A DNA stretch of 64,000 nucleotides from Balanoglossus misakiensis (lineage: Eukaryota; Animalia; Hemichordata): positions 9,627,309 through 9,691,308 of the forward strand of contig CM082591.2 in NCBI GenBank assembly GCA_040954595.2, read 5' to 3'. Under the pieces are notes generated by a model. The model saw only the letters and a program-made list of their open reading frames with translations. It searched no databases and was not told the DNA's origin. This document shows positions 1 through 12,222 of this stretch, piece by piece. Within the stretch, counting starts at the first letter, position 1. Every line of letters begins with the position of its first letter. The position numbers and the translations under genes were made by a program.

Positions 1-3000
1 AACACTCAAAATTAATGGGCACGACACTGGCCACTAGCTCTGCATGGCCTGGTTAATCAATGTTGACGCAAAGGTTGACTCCACCAAACACTCAAAATTG
101 ATGGGCACGACACCAGCCACTAGCTCTGCATGGCCTGGTTAATCAATGTTGACGCAAAGGTTGACCCCACCAAACACTCAAAATTGATGGGCACGACACT
201 GGCCACTAGCTCTGGCCTAGCTAATCAATGTTGACGCAAAGGTTGACCCCACCAAACACTCAAAATTGATGGGCACGACACTGGCCACTAGCTCTGCATG
301 GCCTGGCTAATCAAGGTTGACGCAAAGGTTGACCCCACCAAACACTCAAAATTAATGGGCACGACACTGGCCAATAGCTCTGGCCTGGTTAATCAATGCT
401 GACGCAAAGGTTGACCCCACCAAACACTCAAAATTAATCGGCACGACACTGGCCACTAGCTCTGCATGGCCTGGTTGATCAATGTTGACGCAAAGGTTGA
501 CCCCACCAAACACTCAAAATTGATGGGCACGACACTGGCCACTAGCTCTGCATGACCTGGTTAATCAATGTTGACGCAAAGGTTGACCCCACCAAACACT
601 CAAAATTGATGGGCACGACACTGGCCACTAGCTCTGCATGGCCTGGTTAATCAATGTTTACGCAAAGGTTGACTCCACCAAACACTCAAAATTGATGGGC
701 ACGACACCAGAGACTAGCTCTGCATGGCCTGGTTAATCAATGTTGACGCAAAGGTTGACCCCACCAAACACTCATAATTGATGGGCACGACACTGGCCAC
801 TAGCTCTGGCCTGGTTAATCAATGCTGACGCAAAGGTTGACCCCACCAAACACTCAAAATTAATGGGCACGACACTGGCCACTAGCTCTGCATGGCCTGG
901 TTAATCAATGCTGACGCAAAGGTTGACCCCTCCAAACACTCAAAATTAATGGGCACGACACTGGCCACTAGCTCTCCATGGCCTGGTTAATCAATGCTGA
1001 CGCAAAGGTTGACCCCAGCAAACACTCAAAATTAATGGGCACGACACTGGCCACTAGCTCTGCATGGCCTGGTTAATCAATGTTGACGCAAAGGTTGACT
1101 CCACCAAACACTCAAAATTGATGGGCACGACACCAGCCACTAGCTCTGCATGGCCTGGTTAATCAATGTTGACGCAAAGGTTGACCCCACCAAACACTCA
1201 AAATTGATGGGCACGACACTGGCCACTAGCTCTGGCCTGGCTAATCAATGTTGACGCAAAGGTTGACCCCACCAAACACTCAAAATTGATGGGCACGACA
1301 CTGGCCACTAGCTCTGCATGGCCTGGCTAACCAAGGTTGACGCAAAGGTTGACCCCACCAAACACTCAAAATTAATGGGCAGGACACTGGCCACTAGCTC
1401 TGGCCTGGTTAATCAATGCTGACGCAAAGGTTGACCCCACCAAACACTCAAAATTAATGGGCACGACACTGGCCACTAGCTCTGGCCTGGTTAATCAATG
1501 CTGACGCAAAGGTTGACCCCACCAAACACTCAAAATTAATGGGCACGACACTGGCCACTAGCTCTGGCCTGGTTAATCAATGCTGCCGCAAACGTTGACC
1601 CCACCAAACACTCAAAATTAATGGGCACGACACTGGCCACTAGCTCTGGCCTGGTTAATCAATGCTGACGCAAAGGTTGACCCCACCAAACACTCAAAAT
1701 TAATGGGCACGACACTGGCCACTAGCTCTGGCCTGGTTAATCAATGCTGCCGCAAAGGTTGACCCCACCAAACACTCAAAATTGATGGGCACGACACTGG
1801 CCACTAGCTCTGCATGGGCTGGTTAATCAATGTTGACGCAAAGGTTGACCCCACCAAACACTCAAAATTGATGGGCACGACACTGGCCACTAGCTCTGCA
1901 TGGCCTGGTTAATCAATCTTGACGCAATGGTTGACCCCACCAAACACTCAAAATTAATGGGCACGACACTGGCCACTAGCTCTGGCCTGGTTAATCAATG
2001 CTGACGCAAAGGTTGACCCCACCAAACACTCAAAATTAATGGGCACGACACTGGCCACTAGCTCTGGCCTGGTTAATCAATGCTGACGCAAAGGTTGACC
2101 CCACCAAACACTCAAAATTAATGGGCACGACACTGGCCACTAGCTCTGGCCTGGTTAATCAATGCTGACGCAAAGGTTGACCCCACCAAACACTCAAAAT
2201 TAATGGGCACGACACTGGCCACTAGCTCTGCATGGCCTGGTTAATCAATGTTGACGCAAAGGTTGACCCCACCAAACACTCAAAATTAATGGGCACGACA
2301 CTGGCCACTAGCTCTGCATGGCCTGGTTAATCAATGTTGACGCAAAGGTTGACCCCACCAAACACTCAAAATTAATGGGCACGACACTGGCCACTAGCTC
2401 TGCATGGCCTGGTTAATCAATGTTGACGCAAAGGTTGACCCCACCAAACACTCAAAATTAATGGGCACGACACTGGCCACTAGCTCTGCATGGCCTGGTT
2501 AATCAATGTTGACGCAAAGGTTGACCCCACCAAACACTCAAAATTGATGGGCACGACACTGGCCACTAGCTCTGCATGGCCTGGTTAATCAATGTTGACG
2601 CAAAGGTTGACCCCACCAAACACTCAAAATTGATGGGCACGACACTGGCCACTAGCTCTGCATGGCCTGGTTAATCAATGTTGACGCAAAGGTTGACCCC
2701 ACCAAACACTCAAAATTGATGGGCACGACACTGGCCACTAGCTCTGGCCTGGCTAATCAATGTTGACGCAAAGGTTGACCCCACCAAACACTCAAAATTG
2801 ATGGGCACGACACTGGCCACTAGCTCTGCATGGCCTGGCTAACCAAGGTTGACGCAAAGGTTGACCCCACCAAACACTCAAAATTAATGGGCACGACACT
2901 GGCCACTAGCTCTGCATGGCCTGGTTAATCAATGTTGACGCAAAGGTTGACCCCACCAAACACTCAAAATTGATGGGCACGACACTGGCCACTAGCTCTG

Positions 3001-6000
3001 CATGGCCTGGTTAATCAATGTTGACGCAAAGGTTGACCCCACCAAACACTCAAAATTGATGGGCACGACACTGGCCACTAGCTCTGCATGGCCTGGTTAA
3101 TCAATGTTGACGCAAAGGTTGACCCACCAAACACTCAAAATTGATGGGCACGACACTGGCCACTAGCTCTGCATGGCCTGGTTAATCAATGTTGACGCAA
3201 AGGTTGACCCCACCAAACACTCAAAATTGATGGGCACGACACTGGCCACTAGCTCTGGCCTGGCTAATCAATGTTGACGCAAAGGTTGACCCCACCAAAC
3301 ACTCAAAATTGATGGGCACGACACTGGCCACTAGCTCTGCATGGCCTGGCTAACCAAGGTTGACGCAAAGGTTGACCCCACCAAACACTCAAAATTAATG
3401 GGCAGGACACTGGCCACTAGCTCTGGCCTGGTTAATCAATGCTGACGCAAAGGTTGACCCCACCAAACACTCAAAATTAATGGGCACGACACTGGCCACT
3501 AGCTCTGGCCTGGTTAATCAATGCTGACGCAAAGGTTGACCCCACCAAACACTCAAAATTAATGGGCACGACACTGGCCACTAGCTCTGGCCTGGTTAAT
3601 CAATGCTGCCGCAAAGGTTGACCCCACCAAACACTCAAAATTGATGGGCACGACACTGGCCACTAGCTCTGCATGGGCTGGTTAATCAATGTTGACGCAA
3701 AGGTTGACCCCACCAAACACTCAAAATTGATGGGCACGACACTGGCCACTAGCTCTGCATGGCCTGGTTAATCAATCTTGACGCAATGGTTGACCCCACC
3801 AAACACTCAAAATTAATGGGCACGACACTGGCCACTAGCTCTGGCCTGGTTAATCAATGCTGACGCAAAGGTTGACCCCACCAAACACTCAAAATTAATG
3901 GGCACGACACTGGCCACTAGCTCTGGCCTGGTTAATCAATGCTGACGCAAAGGTTGACCCCACCAAACACTCAAAATTAATGGGCACGACACTGGCCACT
4001 AGCTCTGGCCTGGTTAATCAATGCTGACGCAAAGGTTGACCCCACCAAACACTCAAAATTAATGGGCACGACACTGGCCACTAGCTCTGCATGGCCTGGT
4101 TAATCAATGTTGACGCAAAGGTTGACCCCACCAAACACTCAAAATTAATGGGCACGACACTGGCCACTAGCTCTGCATGGCCTGGTTAATCAATGTTGAC
4201 GCAAAGGTTGACCCCACCAAACACTCAAAATTAATGGGCACGACACTGGCCACTAGCTCTGCATGGCCTGGTTAATCAATGTTGACGCAAAGGTTGACCC
4301 CACCAAACACTCAAAATTAATGGGCACGACACTGGCCACTAGCTCTGCATGGCCTGGTTAATCAATGTTGACGCAAAGGTTGACCCCACCAAACACTCAA
4401 AATTGATGGGCACGACACTGGCCACTAGCTCTGCATGGCCTGGTTAATCAATGTTGACGCAAAGGTTGACCCCACCAAACACTCAAAATTGATGGGCACG
4501 ACACTGGCCACTAGCTCTGCATGGCCTGGTTAATCAATGTTGACGCAAAGGTTGACCCCACCAAACACTCAAAATTGATGGGCACGACACTGGCCACTAG
4601 CTCTGGCCTGGCTAATCAATGTTGACGCAAAGGTTGACCCCACCAAACACTCAAAATTGATGGGCACGACACTGGCCACTAGCTCTGCATGGCCTGGCTA
4701 ACCAAGGTTGACGCAAAGGTTGACCCCACCAAACACTCAAAATTAATGGGCACGACACTGGCCACTAGCTCTGCATGGCCTGGTTAATCAATGTTGACGC
4801 AAAGGTTGACCCCACCAAACACTCAAAATTGATGGGCACGACACTGGCCACTAGCTCTGCATGGCCTGGTTAATCAATGTTGACGCAAAGGTTGACCCCA
4901 CCAAACACTCAAAATTGATGGGCACGACACTGGCCACTAGCTCTGCATGGCCTGGTTAATCAATGTTGACGCAAAGGTTGACCCACCAAACACTCAAAAT
5001 TGATGGGCACGACACTGGCCACTAGCTCTGCATGGCCTGGTTAATCAATGTTGACGCAAAGGTTGACCCCACCAAACACTCAAAATTGATGGGCACGACA
5101 CTGGCCACTAGCTCTGGCCTGGCTAATCAATGTTGACGCAAAGGTTGACCCCACCAAACACTCAAAATTGATGGGCACGACACTGGCCACTAGCTCTGCA
5201 TGGCCTGGCTAACCAAGGTTGACGCAAAGGTTGACCCCACCAAACACTCAAAATTAATGGGCAGGACACTGGCCACTAGCTCTGGCCTGGTTAATCAATG
5301 CTGACGCAAAGGTTGACCCCACCAAACACTCAAAATTAATGGGCACGACACTGGCCACTAGCTCTGGCCTGGTTAATCAATGCTGACGCAAAGGTTGACC
5401 CCACCAAACACTCAAAATTAATGGGCACGACACTGGCCACTAGCTCTGGCCTGGTTAATCAATGCTGCCGCAAACGTTGACCCCACCAAACACTCAAAAT
5501 TAATGGGCACGACACTGGCCACTAGCTCTGTATGGCCTGGTTAATCAATGTTGACGCAAAGGTTGACCCCACCAAACACTCAAAATTAATGGGCGCGACA
5601 CTGGCCACTAGCTCTGCATGGCCTGGTTAATCAATGTTGACGCAAAGGTTGACCCCACCAAACACTCAAAATTGATGGGCACGACCCTGGCCACTAGCTC
5701 TGCATGGGCTGGTTAATCAATGTTGACGCAAAGGTTGACCCCACCAAACACTCAAAATTGATGGGCACGACACTGGCCACTAGCTCTGCATGGCCTGGTT
5801 AATCAATCTTGACGCAATGGTTGACCCCACCAAACACTCAAAATTAATGGGCACGACACTGGCCACTAGCTCTGGCCTGGTTAATCAATGCTGACGCAAA
5901 GGTTGACCCCACCAAACACTCAAAATTAATGGGCACGACACTGGCCACTAGCTCTGGCCTGGTTAATCAATGCTGACGCAAAGGTTGACCCCACCAAACA

Positions 6001-9000
6001 CTCAAAATTAATGGGCACGACACTGGCCACTAGCTCTGGCCTGGTTAATCAATGCTGACGCAAAGGTTGACCCCACCAAACACTCAAAATTAATGGGCAC
6101 GACACTGGCCACTAGCTCTGGGCTGGTTAATCAATGTTGACGCAAAGGTTGACCCCACCAAACACACAAAATTAATGGGCACGACACTGGCCACTAGCTC
6201 TGCATGGCCTGGTTAATCAATGTTGACGCAAAGGTTGACCCCACCAAACACTCAAAATTAATGGGCACGACACTGGCCACTAGCTCTGCATGGCCTGGTT
6301 AATTAATGTTGACGCAAAGGTTGACCCCACCAAACACTCAAAATTGATGGGCACGACACTGGCCACTAGCTCTGCATGGCCTGGTTAATCAATGTTGACG
6401 CAAAGGTTGACCCCACCAAACACTCAAAATTGATGGGCACGACACTGGCCACTAGCTCTGCATGGCCTGGTTAATCAATGTTGACGCAAAGGTTGACCCC
6501 ACCAAACACTCAAAATTGATGGGCACGACACTGGCCACTAGCTCTGGCCTGGCTAATCAATGTTGACGCAAAGGTTGACCCCACCAAACACTCAAAATTG
6601 ATGGGCACGACACTGGCCACTAGCTCTGCATGGCCTGGCTAACCAAGGTTGACGCAAAGGTTGACCCCACCAAACACTCAAAATTAATGGGCACGACACT
6701 GGCCACTAGCTCTGCATGGCCTGGTTAATCAATGTTGACGCAAAGGTTGACCCCACCAAACACTCAAAATTAATGGGCACGACACTGGCCACTAGCTCTG
6801 CATGGCCTGGTTAATCAATGTTGACGCAAAGGTTGACCCCACCAAACACTCAAAATTGATGGGCACGACACTGGCCACTAGCTCTGCATGGCCTGGTTAA
6901 TCAATGTTGACGCAAAGGTTGACCCACCAAACACTCAAAATTGATGGGCACGACACTGGCCACTAGCTCTGCATGGCCTGGTTAATCAATGTTGACGCAA
7001 AGGTTGACCCCACCAAACACTCAAAATTGATGGGCACGACACTGGCCACTAGCTCTGGCCTGGCTAATCAATGTTGACGCAAAGGTTGACCCCACCAAAC
7101 ACTCAAAATTGATGGGCACGACACTGGCCACTAGCTCTGCATGGCCTGGCTAACCAAGGTTGACGCAAAGGTTGACCCCACCAAACACTCAAAATTAATG
7201 GGCAGGACACTGGCCACTAGCTCTGGCCTGGTTAATCAATGCTGACGCAAAGGTTGACCCCACCAAACACTCAAAATTAATGGGCACGACACTGGCCACT
7301 AGCTCTGGCCTGGTTAATCAATGCTGACGCAAAGGTTGACCCCACCAAACACTCAAAATTAATGGGCACGACACTGGCCACTAGCTCTGGCCTGGTTAAT
7401 CAATGCTGCCGCAAACGTTGACCCCACCAAACACTCAAAATTAATGGGCACGACACTGGCCACTAGCTCTGCATGGCCTGGTTAATCAATGTTGACGCAA
7501 AGGTTGACCCCACCAAACACTCAAAATTAATGGGCGCGACACTGGCCACTAGCTCTGCATGGCCTGGTTAATCAATGTTGACGCAAAGGTTGACCCCACC
7601 AAACACTCAAAATTGATGGGCACGACACTGGCCACTAGCTCTGCATGGGCTGGTTAATCAATGTTGACGCAAAGGTTGACCCCACCAAACACTCAAAATT
7701 GATGGGCACGACACTGGCCACTAGCTCTGCATGGCCTGGTTAATCAATCTTGACGCAATGGTTGACCCCACCAAACACTCAAAATTAATGGGCACGACAC
7801 TGGCCACTAGCTCTGGCCTGGTTAATCAATGCTGACGCAAAGGTTGACCCCACCAAACACTCAAAATTAATGGGCACGACACTGGCCACTAGCTCTGGCC
7901 TGGTTAATCAATGCTGACGCAAAGGTTGACCCCACCAAACACTCAAAATTAATGGGCACGACACTGGCCACTAGCTCTGGCCTGGTTAATCAATGCTGAC
8001 GCAAAGGTTGACCCCACCAAACACTCAAAATTAATGGGCACGACACTGGCCACTAGCTCTGCATGGCCTGGTTAATCAATGTTGACGCAAAGGTTGACCC
8101 CACCAAACACTCAAAATTAATGGGCACGACACTGGCCACTAGCTCTGCATGGCCTGGTTAATCAATGTTGACGCAAAGGTTGACCCCACCAAACACTCAA
8201 AATTGATGGGCACGACACTGGCCACTAGCTCTGCATGGCCTGGTTAATCAATGTTGACGCAAAGGTTGACCCCACCAAACACTCAAAATTGATGGGCAAG
8301 ACACTGGCCACTAGCTCTGCATGGCCTGGTTAATCAATGTTGACGCAAAGGTTGACCCCACCAAACACTCAAAATTGATGGGCACGACACTGGCCACTAG
8401 CTCTGGCCTGGCTAATCAATGTTGACGCAAAGGTTGACCCCACCAAACACTCAAAATTGATGGGCACGACACTGGCCACTAGCTCTGCATGGCCTGGCTA
8501 ACCAAGGTTGACGCAAAGGTTGACCCCACCAAACACTCAAAATTAATGGGCACGACACTGGCCACTAGCTCTGCATGGCCTGGTTAATCAATGTTGACGC
8601 AATGGTTGACCCCACCAAACACTCAAAATTGATGGGCACGACACTGGCCACTAGCTCTGCATGGCCTGGTTAATCAATGTTGACGCAAAGGTTGACCCCA
8701 CCAAACACTCAAAATTGATGGGCACGACACTGGCCACTAGCTCTGCATGGCCTGGTTAATCAATGTTGACGCAAAGGTTGACCCCACCAAACACTCAAAA
8801 TTGATGGGCACGACACTGGCCACTAGCTCTGCATGGCCTGGTTAATCAATGTTGACGCAAAGGTTGACCCCACCAAACACTCAAAATTGATGGGCACGAC
8901 ACTGGCCACTAGCTCTGGCCTGGCTAATCAATGTTGACGCAAAGGTTGACCCCACCAAACACTCAAAATTGATGGGCACGACACTGGCCACTAGCTCTGC

Positions 9001-10979
9001 ATGGCCTGGCTAACCAAGGTTGACGCAAAGGTTGACCCCACCAAACACTCAAAATTAATGGGCAGGACACTGGCCGCTAGCTCTGGCCTGGTTAATCAAT
9101 GCTGAGGCAAAGGTTGACCCCACCAAACACTCAAAATTAATGGGCACGACACTGGCCACTAGCTCTGGCCTGGTTAATCAATGCTGACGCAAAGGTTGAC
9201 CCCACCAAACACTCAAAATTAATGGGCACGACACTGGCCACTAGCTCTGCATGGCCTGGTTAATCAATGTTGACGCAAAGGTTGACCCCACCAAACACTC
9301 AAAATTGATGGGCACGACACTGGCCACTAGCTCTGCATGGCCTGGTTAATCAATGTTGACGCAAAGGTTGACCCCACCAAACACTCAAAATTGATGGGCA
9401 CGACACTGGCCACTAGCTCTGGCCTGGCTAATCAATGTTGACGCAAAGGTTGACCCCACCAAACACTCAAAATTGATGGGCACGACACTGGCCACTAGCT
9501 CTGCATGGCCTGGCTAACCAAGGTTGACGCAAAGGTTGACCCCACCAAACACTCAAAATTAATGGGCAGGACACTGGCCACTAGCTCTGGCCTGGTTAAT
9601 CAATGCTGAGGCAAAGGTTGACCCCACCAAACACTCAAAATTAATGGGCACGACACTGGCCACTAGCTCTGGCCTGGTTAATCAATGCTGACGCAAAGGT
9701 TGACCCCACCAAACACTCAAAATTAATGGGCACGACACTGGCCACTAGCTCTGGCCTGGTTAATCAATGCTGCCGCAAAGGTTGACCCCACCAAACACTC
9801 AAAATTAATGGGCACGGCACTGGCCACTAGCTCTGGCCTGGTTAATCAATGTTGACGCAAAGGTTGACCCCACCAAACACTCAAAATTAATGGGCACGAC
9901 ACTGGCCACTAGCTCTGCATGGCCTGGTTAATCAATGTTGACGCAAAGGTTGACCCCACCAAACACTCAAAATTAATGGGCGCGACACTGGCCACTAGCT
10001 CTGCATGGCCTGGTTAATCAATGTTGACGCAAAGGTTGACCCCACCAAACACTCAAATTTGATGGGCACGACACTGGCCACTAGCTCTGCATGGGCTGGT
10101 TAATCAATGTTGACGCAAAGGTTGACCCCACCAAACACTCAAAATTGATGGGCACGACACTGGCCACTAGCTCTGCATGGCCTGGTTAATCAATCTTGAC
10201 GCAATGGTTGACCCCACCAAACACTCAAAATTAATGGGCACGACACTGGCCACTAGCTCTGCATGGGCTGGTTAATCAATGTTGACGCAAAGGTTGACCC
10301 AACCAAACACTCAAAATTGATGGGCACGACACTGGCCACTAGCTCTGGCCGGGCTAATCAATGTTGACGCAAAGGTTGACCACACCAAACACTCAAAATT
10401 GATGGGCACGACACTGGCCACTAGCTCTGCATGGCCTGGTTAATCAATGTTGACACAAAGGTTGACCCCACCAAACACTCAAAATTGATGGGCATGTCAC
10501 TGGCCACTAGCTCTGCATGGCCTGGTTAATCAAGGTTGACGCAAAGGTTGACCCCACCAAACACTCAAAATTGATGGACACGACACTGGCCACTAGCTCT
10601 GCATGGCCTGGTTAATCAATGTTGACACAAAGGTTGACCCCACCAAACACTCAAAATTGATGGGCACGACACTGGCCACTAGCTCTGCATGGCCTGGTTA
10701 ATCAATGTTGACGCAAAGGTTGACCCCACCAAACACTCAAAATTGATGGGCACGACACTGGCCACTAGCTCTGCATGGCCTGGTTAATCAATGTTGACGC
10801 AAAGGTTGACCCCACCAAACACTCAAAATTGATGGGCACAACACTGGCCACTAGCTCTGCATGGCCTGGTTAATCAATGTTGACACAAAGGTTGACCCCA
10901 CCAAACACTCAAAATTGATGGGCACGACACTGGCCACTAGCTCTGCATGGCCTGGTTAATCAATGTTGACGCAAAGGTT
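1..10979. repeat. Tandem satellite array, 86-bp monomer with an 82-bp (delta-CATG) variant, about 130 copies, open at the left edge
   Basis: Consensus AACACTCAAAATTRATGGGCACGACACTGGCCACTAGCTCTG(CATG)GCCTGGTTAATCAATGYTGACGCAAAGGTTGACCCCACCA. AACACTC recurs at 1, 87 and onward. Monomers differ by only a few substitutions and have no spacers between them. No ORF of 60 aa or more in any frame. Confidence 0.99.
1914..10210. repeat. Higher-order repeat structure within the satellite (about 22-24 monomers, 1.86-2.03 kb; last interval about 2.45 kb)
   Basis: The rare variant CAATCTTGACGCAATGG occurs at 1914, 3773, 5804, 7745 and 10191 (spacings 1859, 2031, 1941, 2446). The 1-bp-deleted monomer GACCCACC occurs at 3121, 4980 and 6921 (spacings 1859, 1941). 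1859 = 22x86 - 8x4 - 1. Confidence 0.9.
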
Positions 10980-11867
10980 TGGTTACAGTCTAGAATTTCA
11001 TGCCACCCCTTATGGTCATATTATTCTTGGTAGGCAAAAGTGACAAGTAGTCAAGTTTCAACACAGGCAACATTTTTTACAAACAAACCACAAAGAAGAC
11101 ATCAAAAGGGAGAGAATTATAGAATGGTCAATGTGTGAAAAGTTAAGATACGTAAAGTGGCCCGGTTTAACATTAACTCATCGACTTCATATCGTCTTCA
11201 TGCCATGGTTTTTGCCTGCCCTGAAAGTTCTTGTAGTTGCAGAAGTGGTTTTGACAGAAAGAATTTAGTCTTCCGGGATGTTTGTGATTATTTGAACACC
11301 AGACAATACAATGCAACCTTGACTTCCAAAATACTTACCGGCATTGCATTATCTTACCATGGTTAGGCCTACAGTGAACAAATTTTCAACAATATTTTCT
11401 GAGTTACCGCTGATATTTGTTTTGTAGTATGGATATTAAATTATACATCCCGATACAAAACCGAATGTTATAGAATCCTTCCTGAGTGATATTGAAAAAA
11501 TTACCAGAATGCTACCGCCTAATCTATGGTTAGGGTTATTGCTATTATTTTATATCAGTAATCGACTTTGTGTATATCAATGTCATTTTCATAACGAAAA
11601 TGAACTCGAGTCTAATGTAAACGTTACGAATTGATCGAAAGGCGCACTGATGAATGTTAACACGAGTGCGCAGTGACAAGACATGCATCGTGCATGACAG
11701 TGACAACAGTTCCTATAGAGCAGTTAAAAAATAAGCCGGCCGTCCGTAAATTTATCAGCTATATTTTTTTTTATTTAGTCACGTTTTCCCTGTTGCATGC
11801 TATTAATTCAGGGGCCAGTTTTAGCAGTGCTCTATTGAGTACTTTCGTATCGATGGATTGATCTCTC

Positions 11868-11887
11868 GTCCAATCAGAATGGCGGAT
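11868..11887 (+). promoter_or_regulatory. CCAAT-box (NF-Y-like) motif adjoining a YY1-like AATGGCGG; repeated in each unit, function unproven
   Basis: GTCCAATCAGAATGGCGGAT. A second NF-Y-like site, CAGCCAATCGG, lies on the minus strand at 13054-13064. Motif match only. Confidence 0.25.
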
Positions 11888-12164
11888 GGTAGCATGATCC
11901 GACATATTGCGTATTACAATAGGGCTTCCTCATACAGGTCAGAACGGAGAGGTCATTCCTTTTATTTTAGGACGTCTCAGCTCCTTTATCTTTTCTGTTA
12001 TAGTGTTAAAGAAATCAAACAGTTTTGTTTTGGCCAGTAAACACCGGTGGATTAACTCTTAAGTCCATCGTGCATCCAAACGCAGTCGAGTCGGTTTGGT
12101 CATTGTTTATGCGACAGTAAATGCCAAATGTGACAGAAGCATCATATTAAATGAGATAGAATAC

Positions 12165-12216
12165 ACAAACAAACAAACATACGAATAAACAAACAGGCAA
12201 ACAAACAAACAAACAA
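12165..12216 (+). repeat. Interrupted (AAAC)n microsatellite, present in every macrosatellite unit
   Basis: ACAAACAAACAAACATACGAATAAACAAACAGGCAAACAAACAAACAAAC. Copy number varies by 1-2 tetramers between units (longer near 19680 and 45950, shorter near 35960 and 48470). Confidence 0.9.
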
Positions 12217-12222
12217 CCATTA

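Noticed and set aside
28-45. CTCF site or CENP-B box in the satellite monomer
   Set aside because: TGGCCACTAG matches only the first half of the CTCF motif and lacks the G-rich core; no CENP-B box is found on either strand.
1-10979. CRISPR array interpretation of the short repeat
   Set aside because: Monomers are contiguous with no unique spacers, and there are no cas genes.
11331-11500. U1 snRNA gene (ATACTTACCGGCA resembles the U1 5' end ATACTTACCTGGC)
   Set aside because: No U1 stem-loop I (GATCA.GAAG), no correctly placed ATTGCACTCC loop, Sm site or terminal stem. It is better read as a minus-strand splice-donor match.
11528-11538. Telomeric repeat GGTTAGGGTTA
   Set aside because: Fewer than two copies; expected by chance.
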